DNA of 24,141 nt from Candidatus Micrarchaeia archaeon (GTDB lineage: Archaea; Micrarchaeota; Micrarchaeia; Micrarchaeales; CABMGC01), in the NCBI GenBank assembly GCA_049976845.1, contig JBMFHL010000011.1, forward strand, positions 1-24,141. Reading direction: 5' to 3'. A model generated the notes under the pieces. The model saw only the letters and a program-made list of their open reading frames with translations, was not told the DNA's origin and did no database searches. The translations under genes and the position numbers were made by a program. This document shows, one piece after another, positions 15,201 through 24,141 of this stretch. The stretch's first letter is position 1. Every line of letters begins with the position of its first letter.

Positions 15201-18200
15201 ATGAGCGAACCCAGTACGCCACAACAGGATAATAATCCAGGCACTGCAGATGCTACGCAGAGACCACCGCTTGAGAGTTTTATTCCTAATACACCTAATG
15301 CTAACAATTTTAACACTGCAAGCCAGGGCCCACAGGCAGGCCCTAGTCCAAGCCCGCAGGCAGGGCCAAAGCCAACAGCTCCAAAATCTGGCTCGCATAT
15401 GCCAATTATCTTTGCGATTGCAATAATTGTAATAGTTATTGCTGCAGCTGCGGCGTTCATGCTTAGCTCACATTCAAAAACTACAAGCAGCACGACAAGC
15501 ATATTGACTACTACTGTAAAGCAGCCTACTATGGCAGAGATAACTAGCTGCATGGATATTAAGAGCCCCGGAAGGTATTACTTGACAAAAAACCTGAGCG
15601 TCAGCTTGTCTAGCGGCGCATGCATAAACATAACCTCAAGCAATGTTGAATTGATTGGCAACTCCAATATGATAAAAGGGAGCGGGCCTTTCGTTGGGAT
15701 TCCGCCGTTTACATATGGCATAGAGGCAAGCAACGTAAGGAATGTTAGCATAACAGGATTCAATATTACGCAATTTTCATATGGTGTATACTTTGAAAAT
15801 GTGCAGGACTCAAGCTTGCGCGCGAGCAATATAACTAAGAACACCATGTCAAATATTTATTTGTCTAATTCATCATCAAACATATTCGCAGATGACTACG
15901 CGATGCTTGCAGCAAGCAAAGAAGGAGGCGTAAACATAAACGGGGGCGGCGATAATATTTTTATGAATGATACAGTATCTAACAATGCTTACCAGGGCTT
16001 TGTTGTCAACTCTACTGGCAACAGGTTCATGAATGATACGCTTACAAATAACCCCAACGATTTCATCTGCAATGGTGTTGCAGGATTTTCATCGTCTAAC
16101 TTATTCAGCAACACTGCATGCAAGAGGAGCAGTGGCTGCAGCTTCGCGCAGTGCTCCGTATCTAATGTACCTTTCAATCTTAGCAGCATAAAGCTTTCAA
16201 ATAGTATATCGACATGCGGGGCCATAATTGCTCCGGGCAGATACACGCTCGATTCAAATCTTTACGAAAATGAGTATTTGAACATGTCAAACCCACTTTC
16301 TAAAAGCGTAGCGTGCATAAACATACTCGCGCCCGATGTGGTGCTAAACTGCAATAGCCACAGGATAAGCAACGGTGGCTATGGCATATTATTGTCCGGC
16401 AATTTTAACACAAGCATAAGCAACTGCACTGCTTATAACAACACCTATGGCTTGTATATTAATGGCACATTTTACCCAAGGATAAGCAACGTGACCTTGG
16501 CAAATAACACATATGGCATGTACGTGAGCAACATGAATTCTGGCACCGCCATGTATACGAAAGCGGCAGGCAATAAATATGGCATGTTCATAAACAACAC
16601 AAACGGATTCACATTGAACAACTTTAATTACTCAGACAACGGCTACGGAATTTATGAAAACACAGGAGGAAGCGACATATTCAACAATGGAGCGGTGCTT
16701 GGAAACAAATACAGCGATTTATACTGCACCGCCGCTTCATACAATGTCACGCCAAGCCTATTCCAAGGCGTATCTTGCGGATTGACCGATTGCAGCTGGG
16801 GCACCTCGTGCGCAAGGCATGCGCTGCCTCCAATAAGCATGTATCCGATAGACAGCTGCATGAATATAACGCTGTCTGGCACGTACGGCTTGACAAGCAA
16901 CATGCAAGGAACACCTGGTTGCATAAACATAAAGACCAGCAACGTAAGCTTAGAGTGCAATGGCAAAAGCATAGTGGGCACCGCAGGCGGAAGCGCCATA
17001 GTGATATCTAATCAATCGAATATTGACATATCAAACTGCAGGATAAGCAGGTTTGGAACTGGTTTCTACGTAAGCAATTCTAGCTACATAACAATACAGA
17101 ACAGCAACATAAGCTCAGCTTCATATGGGATATTGCTTAATAATGTTAGCTATAGCAAGATGCTTGATGACAATGCATCGATGTTCACAAATGCAGGTTT
17201 CATGCTCAAGAAGGTTTACAACAGCGTTGTTAGTAGGGATATTGCAATGAATGGCTTTGCTAATGCAAGCGGCTTTTATATAAGTAATTCTAGCAAAAAC
17301 CTGATTACATTCAACAACGCTACTGCAAACATATTCTATGGATTTGTCATATCAAACTCCAGGGGCAACAACGTATTCAACAACACCGCCACCAGCAATC
17401 TCAAATCGGACTATTACTGCTCTCCAGATTCCTCAGGATTATATGCAGAATCTGGAGGGGTTAATTTCGGCAATACCAAGGTTGACTGCAAGTGGCTCGT
17501 TGAATTGAACTCCTTGAACCTCGTTCCTACGTGCCTCTCGATAAGCTCTTCGTCTACACTTGTGCTAAGTCAGGACATGCTATATCCATATGACAACATA
17601 TGCTTTGACGTTTACAATACCAAAACAAGCAGCGCCAATGGCACAGTGATAAACTGCAATGGCCACACAATGCTTGCATCCAATGGCGGAACGCTCGTGA
17701 ACGTTGCAAATGCGAGCGGGGTTGAAGTTGAAAACTGCTACATAAAAGGATTCACGACACCTATAACGGCAAGGGGCGGCAGCATAACCGCATTGAACAA
17801 TACAATAGTCAATTCAAATGTATCTATAGCAATCACCAACAGCTCATATCCAAAGGTAATGAAAAATGTTATGCTCAATTCTTCGTATGGCGCGATATTG
17901 GTAAACAGCAAATATGGCACTATAGAGAACAATTTTGCTGCTGATGCGAATATTTCATATGAGATTGCAGGCGGCTCTGGATTCACTGTATCAAACAACA
18001 AGGCGCTTTATGGCAATATAGGCATGTACATAATAAACTCCACAACAAACATATTCCAGAACAACACGCTAGAGGATATGGGGAGGTATGGCATAGCATG
18101 CACAGGCTATGCTACGAACAATACGAGCCTTAACAAGGACTTCGGCAAAAATGCATGCTCTTCTAATTACGGGTGTTACTGGCTTTCTTCTTCGCCGCTT

Positions 18201-18215
18201 TGCAGCCCAAGTTGA
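15201..18215 (+). CDS. Membrane-anchored surface protein with four right-handed beta-helix (NosD/CASH/PbH1-like) modules
   Basis: Pro/Gln-rich N-terminus, a single TM helix (~15400-15465), a Thr/Ser linker, YGI.L/NN-type repeats, four Cys-capped modules and many N-x-S/T sequons. Confidence 0.85.
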   Translation: MSEPSTPQQDNNPGTADATQRPPLESFIPNTPNANNFNTASQGPQAGPSPSPQAGPKPTAPKSGSHMPIIFAIAIIVIVIAAAAAFMLSSHSKTTSSTTSILTTTVKQPTMAEITSCMDIKSPGRYYLTKNLSVSLSSGACINITSSNVELIGNSNMIKGSGPFVGIPPFTYGIEASNVRNVSITGFNITQFSYGVYFENVQDSSLRASNITKNTMSNIYLSNSSSNIFADDYAMLAASKEGGVNINGGGDNIFMNDTVSNNAYQGFVVNSTGNRFMNDTLTNNPNDFICNGVAGFSSSNLFSNTACKRSSGCSFAQCSVSNVPFNLSSIKLSNSISTCGAIIAPGRYTLDSNLYENEYLNMSNPLSKSVACINILAPDVVLNCNSHRISNGGYGILLSGNFNTSISNCTAYNNTYGLYINGTFYPRISNVTLANNTYGMYVSNMNSGTAMYTKAAGNKYGMFINNTNGFTLNNFNYSDNGYGIYENTGGSDIFNNGAVLGNKYSDLYCTAASYNVTPSLFQGVSCGLTDCSWGTSCARHALPPISMYPIDSCMNITLSGTYGLTSNMQGTPGCINIKTSNVSLECNGKSIVGTAGGSAIVISNQSNIDISNCRISRFGTGFYVSNSSYITIQNSNISSASYGILLNNVSYSKMLDDNASMFTNAGFMLKKVYNSVVSRDIAMNGFANASGFYISNSSKNLITFNNATANIFYGFVISNSRGNNVFNNTATSNLKSDYYCSPDSSGLYAESGGVNFGNTKVDCKWLVELNSLNLVPTCLSISSSSTLVLSQDMLYPYDNICFDVYNTKTSSANGTVINCNGHTMLASNGGTLVNVANASGVEVENCYIKGFTTPITARGGSITALNNTIVNSNVSIAITNSSYPKVMKNVMLNSSYGAILVNSKYGTIENNFAADANISYEIAGGSGFTVSNNKALYGNIGMYIINSTTNIFQNNTLEDMGRYGIACTGYATNNTSLNKDFGKNACSSNYGCYWLSSSPLCSPS

Positions 18216-18255
18216 AACTAGCGCTCTTTTTATATTTTATTTGCAAAGTAGTATT

Positions 18256-18561
18256 ATGCACCAGATAAGTACCAAAGAAGTTGTGGATACGCTTAGGAAT
18301 TGCACAGACCCAGAAGTGGGAGTCAATATTGTGGACCTTGGATTAATATATGGGATTAACATTGACAATGAGAACAATGTGAAGGTTAAGCTTACAATGA
18401 CTAGCCCAATGTGCCCTTTGACAAGCACCATACTTGCAGATGCAGAGCTTAGGCTTGAAAACATTCCGGAGATAGGAAAAGTTGAAATAGAGCTTGTCTG
18501 GGATCCGCTATGGAACCCTGAGATGATGAATCAGGATGTGCGCCAGAGCCTTGGTGCCTAG
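18256..18561 (+). CDS. SufT/PaaD/DUF59 metal-sulfur cluster assembly factor
   Basis: Motifs DPEVGVNIVDLGLIY, MTSPMCP and LVWDPLWNPEMM. The start is placed at ATG 18256 because the longer ORF overlaps the upstream gene. Confidence 0.92.
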   Translation: MHQISTKEVVDTLRNCTDPEVGVNIVDLGLIYGINIDNENNVKVKLTMTSPMCPLTSTILADAELRLENIPEIGKVEIELVWDPLWNPEMMNQDVRQSLGA

Positions 18562-19127
18562 ACCGCTTTGAACATCGCATCCTCTTCTGCGCTTTTATAA
18601 TCGATAATTTCTTCCTTGCTGAACCATATTGGTATTTCCCTTTCTGCATCTTTCTTGTCCCCTGATGCGTGCACTATGTTCCTTACAGACCTGCCCTCCA
18701 GGTCTCCTAACTGATATGAATCGCTTGAGAACATGCCCCTTATGCTTCCTGGATCTGCAGTCCTTGGCTCGGTTGAGCCGATAAGCTTCCTCACTATGAA
18801 TATAGCCTCGTTTCCCTCTATTATCATTGCCACGACAGGCTTTTCTGCAAGATATGTGATAAGCGTATTCCTCACGCGCATCCCGATTTCAAGTGGTGTT
18901 TCTGCCAATTTTTTGCCCTCTTTTTCTGCAGACGCTATGGATTTATTTCCCATAGACTCGAGCCACTCTTTGTCTTCATAGTAGTGCTTCCCAACAAGGT
19001 CTTTGCTAGGCTTTAGCATCTTCAGTGCAACAACTTTCAGCCCGGCTTGCTCAAACTTCCTTATCACCTCGCCTATTAGATTCCTGTATACACCGTCTGG
19101 CTTTATCAACACAAGAGTTCTTTCCAT
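18558..19127 (-). CDS. ndk: Nucleoside diphosphate kinase (long-insert form)
   Basis: Motifs ERTLVLIKPDGV, PGSIRG and catalytic RNIVHAS, with an insertion after HY. Confidence 0.96.
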   Translation of the reverse strand: MERTLVLIKPDGVYRNLIGEVIRKFEQAGLKVVALKMLKPSKDLVGKHYYEDKEWLESMGNKSIASAEKEGKKLAETPLEIGMRVRNTLITYLAEKPVVAMIIEGNEAIFIVRKLIGSTEPRTADPGSIRGMFSSDSYQLGDLEGRSVRNIVHASGDKKDAEREIPIWFSKEEIIDYKSAEEDAMFKAV

Positions 19128-19209
19128 AAAATCCCCGCTAAGTTTAAATTAAGAGAAGTTATATAGTTATAGGAGAGAAAATTTATAATACATCCTCTTG
19201 GTGCTTATT

Positions 19210-20955
19210 ATGATAAGGCAGCCGATAATTGTAGTCATGGGGCACGTTGATCATGGAAAAACTTCGCTGCTTGACAAGATAAGAAACACTGCAATAGCCC
19301 ATAAAGAAGCAGGAGGCATAACGCAGCACATAGGGGCTAGCGAGGTTCCAATAGAGGCAATAAACAAGATATGCGGCAATCTGCTTGCAAAATTCAACGT
19401 CAAGATAACAATACCTGGGCTCTTATTTATAGACACGCCTGGGCACGAGGCATTCACCAATTTGAGGAAACGCGGAGGCAGTGTTGCAGACCTAGCTATA
19501 CTTGTCGTTGATGTTACAAAGAACTTCGAACCGCAGACGTATGAAGCAATAAACATACTCAAAGAGTATAAAACACCGTTCATAGTGGCAGCCAATAAAA
19601 TAGACTTAATTACAGGGTGGCGCAGCAACAAGACTGTAAGCTTTCTTGAATCGCTTGGCATGCAGCAACAGAATGTGGCTGCAGATTTAGAAAACAAGGT
19701 ATATGATATTATAGGGAAGCTGAGCGAAGTTGGCTTCAACAGCGAGAGGTTCGACAGGGTCAAGAACTTCCAGAAAGAGATTGTCATAGTGCCTGTGAGC
19801 GCTAAGACAGGTGAAGGCATCGCCGAACTGCTTGTCTATGCCACAGGGTTGGCGCAGAAGTTCCTCGAAATGAGGCTAAATATAGAGGTTAACGGGCCTG
19901 GAAAAGGCAGCATCATAGAAAGAAAAGAAGAGAGAGGATTGGGCACCACAATAGATGTAATACTTTATAATGGCACGCTCAAAGTAAATGACAGTATCGC
20001 ATTCGCCACGAGCACCGGTGTAGGCATATCAAAAATAAAAGCTTTGCTCAAGCCGAGGCCGCTGCAGGAGCTCAGGGAGTCTTCAAGCAAATTCTATTAT
20101 GTAGATTCTGTGAGCGCAGCTTCAGGGGTAAAAATAAGTGGAACGGGATTAGACGATGCATTGCCAGGATCGCTTGTAATTTCTACTGATCTTCAGGATT
20201 ATGAGAAGGAGATAAGCTCTGAAATAGAGGAGGTTTTCACTACAGAGAAAAAAGGCATAATTCTCAAGGCTGACACTATCGGCACTTTGGAAGCGATATC
20301 AAAGCTGCTTGCAGGCATAGGGGTCAGCGTGAGCAAGAAGGGGCTTGGCAACGTAACCAAAAGGGACGTGCTTGATGCGTATGCGATGCGAGCACTTGAT
20401 CCGTATAGCTCAATTATACTTGCATTTAATGTCAAATTAGACGAAGACGCCCTTGCCGAAAGCGAGGCAACTGAAGTTAAGATAATAAACGAAAATATTA
20501 TATACAAGATAATAGACGATTACAAGGAGTGGCTCGAGAAGGAGAAGGCGGATGCAAAGAGCAGGGTTGAAAGATCGCTTATATTTCCTGGCATAGTGCG
20601 CGTTATTCCAAACAACTGCTTCAGGGTCTCGCATCCTGCGATATTTGGAATAAATGTAATTGCAGGTAGGCTTAGGCAATCATATCTGCTCATGAAGAAA
20701 GATGGTAACATTATAGGCAGGGTAAAGGAGATGCAGGATAATGGCATAACGCTGCAGGAGGCTAAGAAGGGTGACAGCGTAGCCATATCCATAGAAGATA
20801 TAACATTTGGAAGGCAGATAAAAGACGACGATATACTATATACTTTCATAAATGACGAAAATGAGAGGCTGCTCCGCTACAAATTCAGCGACATGCTGAG
20901 CGATGAGGAAAAAAGCGTATTAGACGAGATCTCAAAAATAAAGGCGCACAAGTAA
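19210..20955 (+). CDS. infB: Translation initiation factor aIF5B (IF-2)
   Basis: Motifs IRQPIIVVMGHVDHGKT, EAGGITQHIGA, DTPGHEAF and NKID. No intein is present. Confidence 0.97.
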   Translation: MIRQPIIVVMGHVDHGKTSLLDKIRNTAIAHKEAGGITQHIGASEVPIEAINKICGNLLAKFNVKITIPGLLFIDTPGHEAFTNLRKRGGSVADLAILVVDVTKNFEPQTYEAINILKEYKTPFIVAANKIDLITGWRSNKTVSFLESLGMQQQNVAADLENKVYDIIGKLSEVGFNSERFDRVKNFQKEIVIVPVSAKTGEGIAELLVYATGLAQKFLEMRLNIEVNGPGKGSIIERKEERGLGTTIDVILYNGTLKVNDSIAFATSTGVGISKIKALLKPRPLQELRESSSKFYYVDSVSAASGVKISGTGLDDALPGSLVISTDLQDYEKEISSEIEEVFTTEKKGIILKADTIGTLEAISKLLAGIGVSVSKKGLGNVTKRDVLDAYAMRALDPYSSIILAFNVKLDEDALAESEATEVKIINENIIYKIIDDYKEWLEKEKADAKSRVERSLIFPGIVRVIPNNCFRVSHPAIFGINVIAGRLRQSYLLMKKDGNIIGRVKEMQDNGITLQEAKKGDSVAISIEDITFGRQIKDDDILYTFINDENERLLRYKFSDMLSDEEKSVLDEISKIKAHK

Positions 20956-21095
20956 AACCGAAACAACTGCAAGGGCTAGATTTTAAAAACCGAAATATAT
21001 CATGTGCTTTTTATATTTGATTTTATAATATTAAAAGTGGTTTTGCAGCTTGCCTTTCTTTTATTTATTGGCATGAAATTGTTTTCGTGATTACA

Positions 21096-22637
21096 ATGGG
21101 AAAATTTGGAGAAACGAAGAGTAAGATTGTTGACTTGCTTAACCAGAGGAATATGACATTATCTGAGATAAGCGAGAGGCTTAATCTTGCGCCTTCGACA
21201 GTGTCGCAGCACCTCCAGGAGCTTGAGCAATCGGGAAAGATAAAGAAAAGTGACGAGCAGCATTCGAGGAAGTGGCAGTACTATGAGCTTGACAGAAGGG
21301 ATTCTGAGAGAGGACTCAGCATTGCTGCAAGCCAGAGAGGCAGGGCCAGCATATTTGCCGCAGTCGCCATATTTGCCACATTCATAATTGCATATGTTCT
21401 TTCATCCTACATGCCTGTAGAGCCAATGCTCCTGCAAATGTCTCCTAATATGGCTGTGCCGGCAGGCGCAACTGTATTCACTATTTCAGATTCGCCAATG
21501 CAGTATAATATAAGTGCCGTTTATGTAAAGCTCAACAGCATTGCAATACACAGCCAGACAACAGGCAAATGGTATACTATACCCTCATATGCAACGTTCA
21601 ACCTTGTTGAGCTTAGGAATATTTCAAAAGTGATTGCCGGGGCAGACATACCCTATGGTATCTACAATGAGGTTGTGCTCAACGTATCGAATGCAGAGGC
21701 GACAATAAATGGAGTCAATGAAAGCGTATTCTTGCCTAGCGGCAGGTTCAGAATATTTGACGATTTTAATATCTCTGGCAACTCTACAAACATAATAAAC
21801 TTTGATTTCAATCTAGAAAGATCCATACATGTTACAGGCAATGGAAGAATAGTTATGATGCCTGTGGTTACATTAGGCTGTGGTGGAAACAATACGTTAA
21901 ATGTGAGAGGAGATTTTATAATGGGTTTCGGACATTTCAAGACTTTCCATACTGAGGTGTTTGGCATGTCTGCAAACGGCACGATGCAGAGAAACGCTTC
22001 GGCGCCTTACAATATTGAGATAAATGGAAACAGGATCTTAGAGTCTTCAAACAATAGCATACCAAATATTATAGTCGATTGCCCTCATGCCATATTCATC
22101 GAATCAAATCCAGGTTTAAAGGTTTCTAACCAGGGCAATATTAATATTACTGTTGGGGCTTTGGGCAGAAATATTACATGCAGCATAGAAGATGAACATA
22201 TTTTAATATGCAGGACCAGTTATAATTGGAGCAGCAAAGACATGCTTAATGTTACGAAACAGATAAACAGGAGTATCTCAGCGCTAAACAATTTCACAAA
22301 TGTTAATGGATATTCAAATGGAACGCAAATATATAATTCAGGATACGAGATAATGAGAATTGGTTATATAGATCCGAATGCTAGCATAGGTATGTTTTCT
22401 TGCGATACCTCGAGCCAATGCGCTCTAGTGCCAACTACATTCTGCCAGAATAATCTGCCAGGGCAGGAAGCATGCATAAACATAGCATATGTTCCTGAGT
22501 ATATGCAGCTATACCAAAGCATTAGGGATCATAAACCCATTATGTGCCCTATGTTCATCGTTGCCGGCTCATCAAGCTGCTCCTGCATAAACAATTCTTG
22601 CGCACTTGTCTATAATAAATACTTTACAAAGCCTTAG
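21096..22637 (+). CDS. Membrane-tethered ArsR-type wHTH regulator with extracellular DUF4382-like domain and C-terminal 8-Cys module
   Basis: N-terminal MTLSEISERLNLAPSTVSQHLQELEQSG..KWQYY, TM helix IFAAVAIFATFIIAYVL, DUF4382-like ISDSP...W...FNLVEL...G.YNEVVL...LPSGR...FDFNLERS, and a Cys-rich tail. Confidence 0.82.
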   Translation: MGKFGETKSKIVDLLNQRNMTLSEISERLNLAPSTVSQHLQELEQSGKIKKSDEQHSRKWQYYELDRRDSERGLSIAASQRGRASIFAAVAIFATFIIAYVLSSYMPVEPMLLQMSPNMAVPAGATVFTISDSPMQYNISAVYVKLNSIAIHSQTTGKWYTIPSYATFNLVELRNISKVIAGADIPYGIYNEVVLNVSNAEATINGVNESVFLPSGRFRIFDDFNISGNSTNIINFDFNLERSIHVTGNGRIVMMPVVTLGCGGNNTLNVRGDFIMGFGHFKTFHTEVFGMSANGTMQRNASAPYNIEINGNRILESSNNSIPNIIVDCPHAIFIESNPGLKVSNQGNINITVGALGRNITCSIEDEHILICRTSYNWSSKDMLNVTKQINRSISALNNFTNVNGYSNGTQIYNSGYEIMRIGYIDPNASIGMFSCDTSSQCALVPTTFCQNNLPGQEACINIAYVPEYMQLYQSIRDHKPIMCPMFIVAGSSSCSCINNSCALVYNKYFTKP

Positions 22638-23287
22638 AATTGAACCATGCCTCGCCTTGAATTCAGCTCGTCTATTATTTTTGGAACTTCTTCAAGGCTT
22701 TTTATAAATAGATCGGCTCTTGGCTCTTTGTAATAAGATTCCCTGTCTACAAGTATGGAGAAAGCGCCGATGCTCAACGCAGGAATGGTGTCAGTCTCCC
22801 TATCGCCAACGACAACACCTTCTTTAGGAATAATATTTAGTTTCTTGAATGCAAGCTCAAATATCTCGGGATTTGGCTTCTGCATTGAAACCTCTTCTCC
22901 GCTTGCATACGCATCGATTAACTCGGCAAAGCCTTCCTTCTTGGATATGTAGTCAATCCATTCAATGCGGGAGGTAGAAGCGATTGCAATCTTTAGACCT
23001 TTGCTTCGTATAAGCTGCAGCACTTGTTTCGCCTCTGGAAATGCCTTTACTTTCTCTGCATAGCTTTTGCTTATTTTTTCTCTTTCGGCCATAATTTTTT
23101 CTATGTCTGCGTGTTGGTAGCCTAGGTTCTTCAATATGCTTTTCAAATCTGTTCCTATAAACGGCTTTATACTCTCAGGATTTACATTTATTCCTACATT
23201 CTTCAGCACTTTTGACCACATTTCGCACCATATGCCGACAGAATCAACAAGCGTACCGTCAAGATCAAAGACAACTCCTTTTATCAT
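22634..23287 (-). CDS. HAD-superfamily phosphatase (Gph/beta-PGM-like)
   Basis: Motifs FDLDGTLVDS, IASTS, KPNPEIF and VGDRETD. GAGGT RBS precedes ATG 23287. Confidence 0.92.
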   Translation of the reverse strand: MIKGVVFDLDGTLVDSVGIWCEMWSKVLKNVGINVNPESIKPFIGTDLKSILKNLGYQHADIEKIMAEREKISKSYAEKVKAFPEAKQVLQLIRSKGLKIAIASTSRIEWIDYISKKEGFAELIDAYASGEEVSMQKPNPEIFELAFKKLNIIPKEGVVVGDRETDTIPALSIGAFSILVDRESYYKEPRADLFIKSLEEVPKIIDELNSRRGMVQF

Positions 23288-23354
23288 ATTATTACCTCTA
23301 AGATGCATGAGTTATACTAGGCATGAAAGATATAAAAAATAAAAAGATGGAGAA

Positions 23355-24141
23355 AGTGAGCTTGTGTGTTAGGATTTAGTAGTGGTGCGCTCGCAAGTCG
23401 CCGAAGCTCCCTGCTTACACGCCCACCCTATCAAGGCCATGTACTATGGCCACCCTAAGTATCTCGTTTCGGATGCGGCTTCGTCCTTAGATGCTTTCAG
23501 GGCTTATCCGCTTGGCGCGTGGCTACCCGGCAGTGCCAAAATGACAACCGGTAGACTAGAGGCGCCGGTGTTTCGTTCCTCTCGTACTAAAAACACCTTA
23601 TCCTCTGATACTAACACTTCCAGTAGATATTACCGTACTGCCTCGCGGCGTACTTAACTCAGCTCATGTAGGTCTTTGATGGACGAGCAGTCCAGCCCTT
23701 GGTGGCTCCTGCACCACCAGGATGACCTAAGCCCATATCGGTGTATCAAACGGCTGGGTCGATATGTACTCTCACCAGCCACGAACCGGTTACCTCTAGA
23801 GTAACTTGTCTGACAGCTTGGAGCCCCATTAAAAGAGCTTCCAACGTTCGTTAAGCCCCTGTTTCCAGTCTGCATCTCCCGCTTTTTGAGATACAGTCAG
23901 CCCTGCATTTGCCTTTGCGCTTTGCGGTGGGTTCCCAACCCACCTAAGCAGAGCATTGGCCACTTTCGTTTCCTTATCGAAAGCAACCGCCCAGTCTAAC
24001 TATCCACCTGCAGCTGTCCTATTTCTAGTAAGATGCGCAGCAAACGGAGAGTGGTGTTACAAGTTCGCTCCACATAGGCCGAAGCCCATGCTTCGACGCT
24101 CCCACTTACGCTTTGCAGCGTCCGCAGCACAACAACAACAG
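23355..24141 (-). rRNA. 23S rRNA, 3' portion (domains V-VI; truncated by the window; 3' end approximate)
   Basis: The reverse complement contains the sarcin-ricin loop AGTACGAGAGGAAC, CTGAAAGCATCTAAG, CATATCGAC and PTC segments. No 5S rRNA follows it. Confidence 0.97.

Noticed and set aside
15039..15553. Minus-strand ORFs 15039-15398 and 15182-15553
   Set aside because: They overlap tRNA-Thr and/or are antisense to the surface protein gene.
18900..18990. Insertion in Ndk as a novelty or intein
   Set aside because: It is a short helical-looking insert without intein motifs, and long-insert Ndk forms are familiar from other archaea.
23382..23875. ORFs 23382-23657 and 23654-23875
   Set aside because: They lie within the 23S rRNA gene.
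1..24141. CRISPR array, cas genes, intact transposase or provirus; remaining nested antisense ORFs
   Set aside because: No regularly spaced repeats or hallmark genes were seen. The other ORFs in the track are shadows of well-supported genes.

Overview
This is a gene-dense archaeal chromosomal segment, most consistent with a DPANN lineage such as Ca. Micrarchaeota (inferred from gene content, relaxed tRNA splice motifs and a very divergent rRNA). Housekeeping genes: YbaK-type deacylase, Hel308, SepF, TrmJ, a CPBP protease, eS31/S27ae, eS24, aIF5A, two tandem FtsZ2-like genes, DNA ligase, DUF1059, a PrmC/HemK2-like methylase, PIMT, GT2, YjjX, SufT, Ndk, aIF5B and a HAD phosphatase. RNA genes: intron-containing tRNA-Trp(CCA) and tRNA-Thr(CGT), plus the 3' ~790 nt of 23S rRNA. 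Best leads: (1) the 23S peptidyl-transferase centre has a cluster of changes at near-invariant positions, including a P-loop one G short and a reciprocal A2453/C2499 swap; (2) an unannotated TnpB C-terminal remnant carries an apparently intact, highly structured omega/reRNA-like region and an IS200/IS605-type right end next to a glycosyltransferase promoter; (3) a membrane-tethered ArsR-HTH/TM/DUF4382/8-Cys one-component regulator; (4) a four-module beta-helix surface protein; (5) tandem FtsZ2-like paralogues that share upstream motifs with sepF. A 46-aa Zn-ribbon gene absent from the ORF track was also found. All family assignments come from motif recognition by eye; no searches were run.
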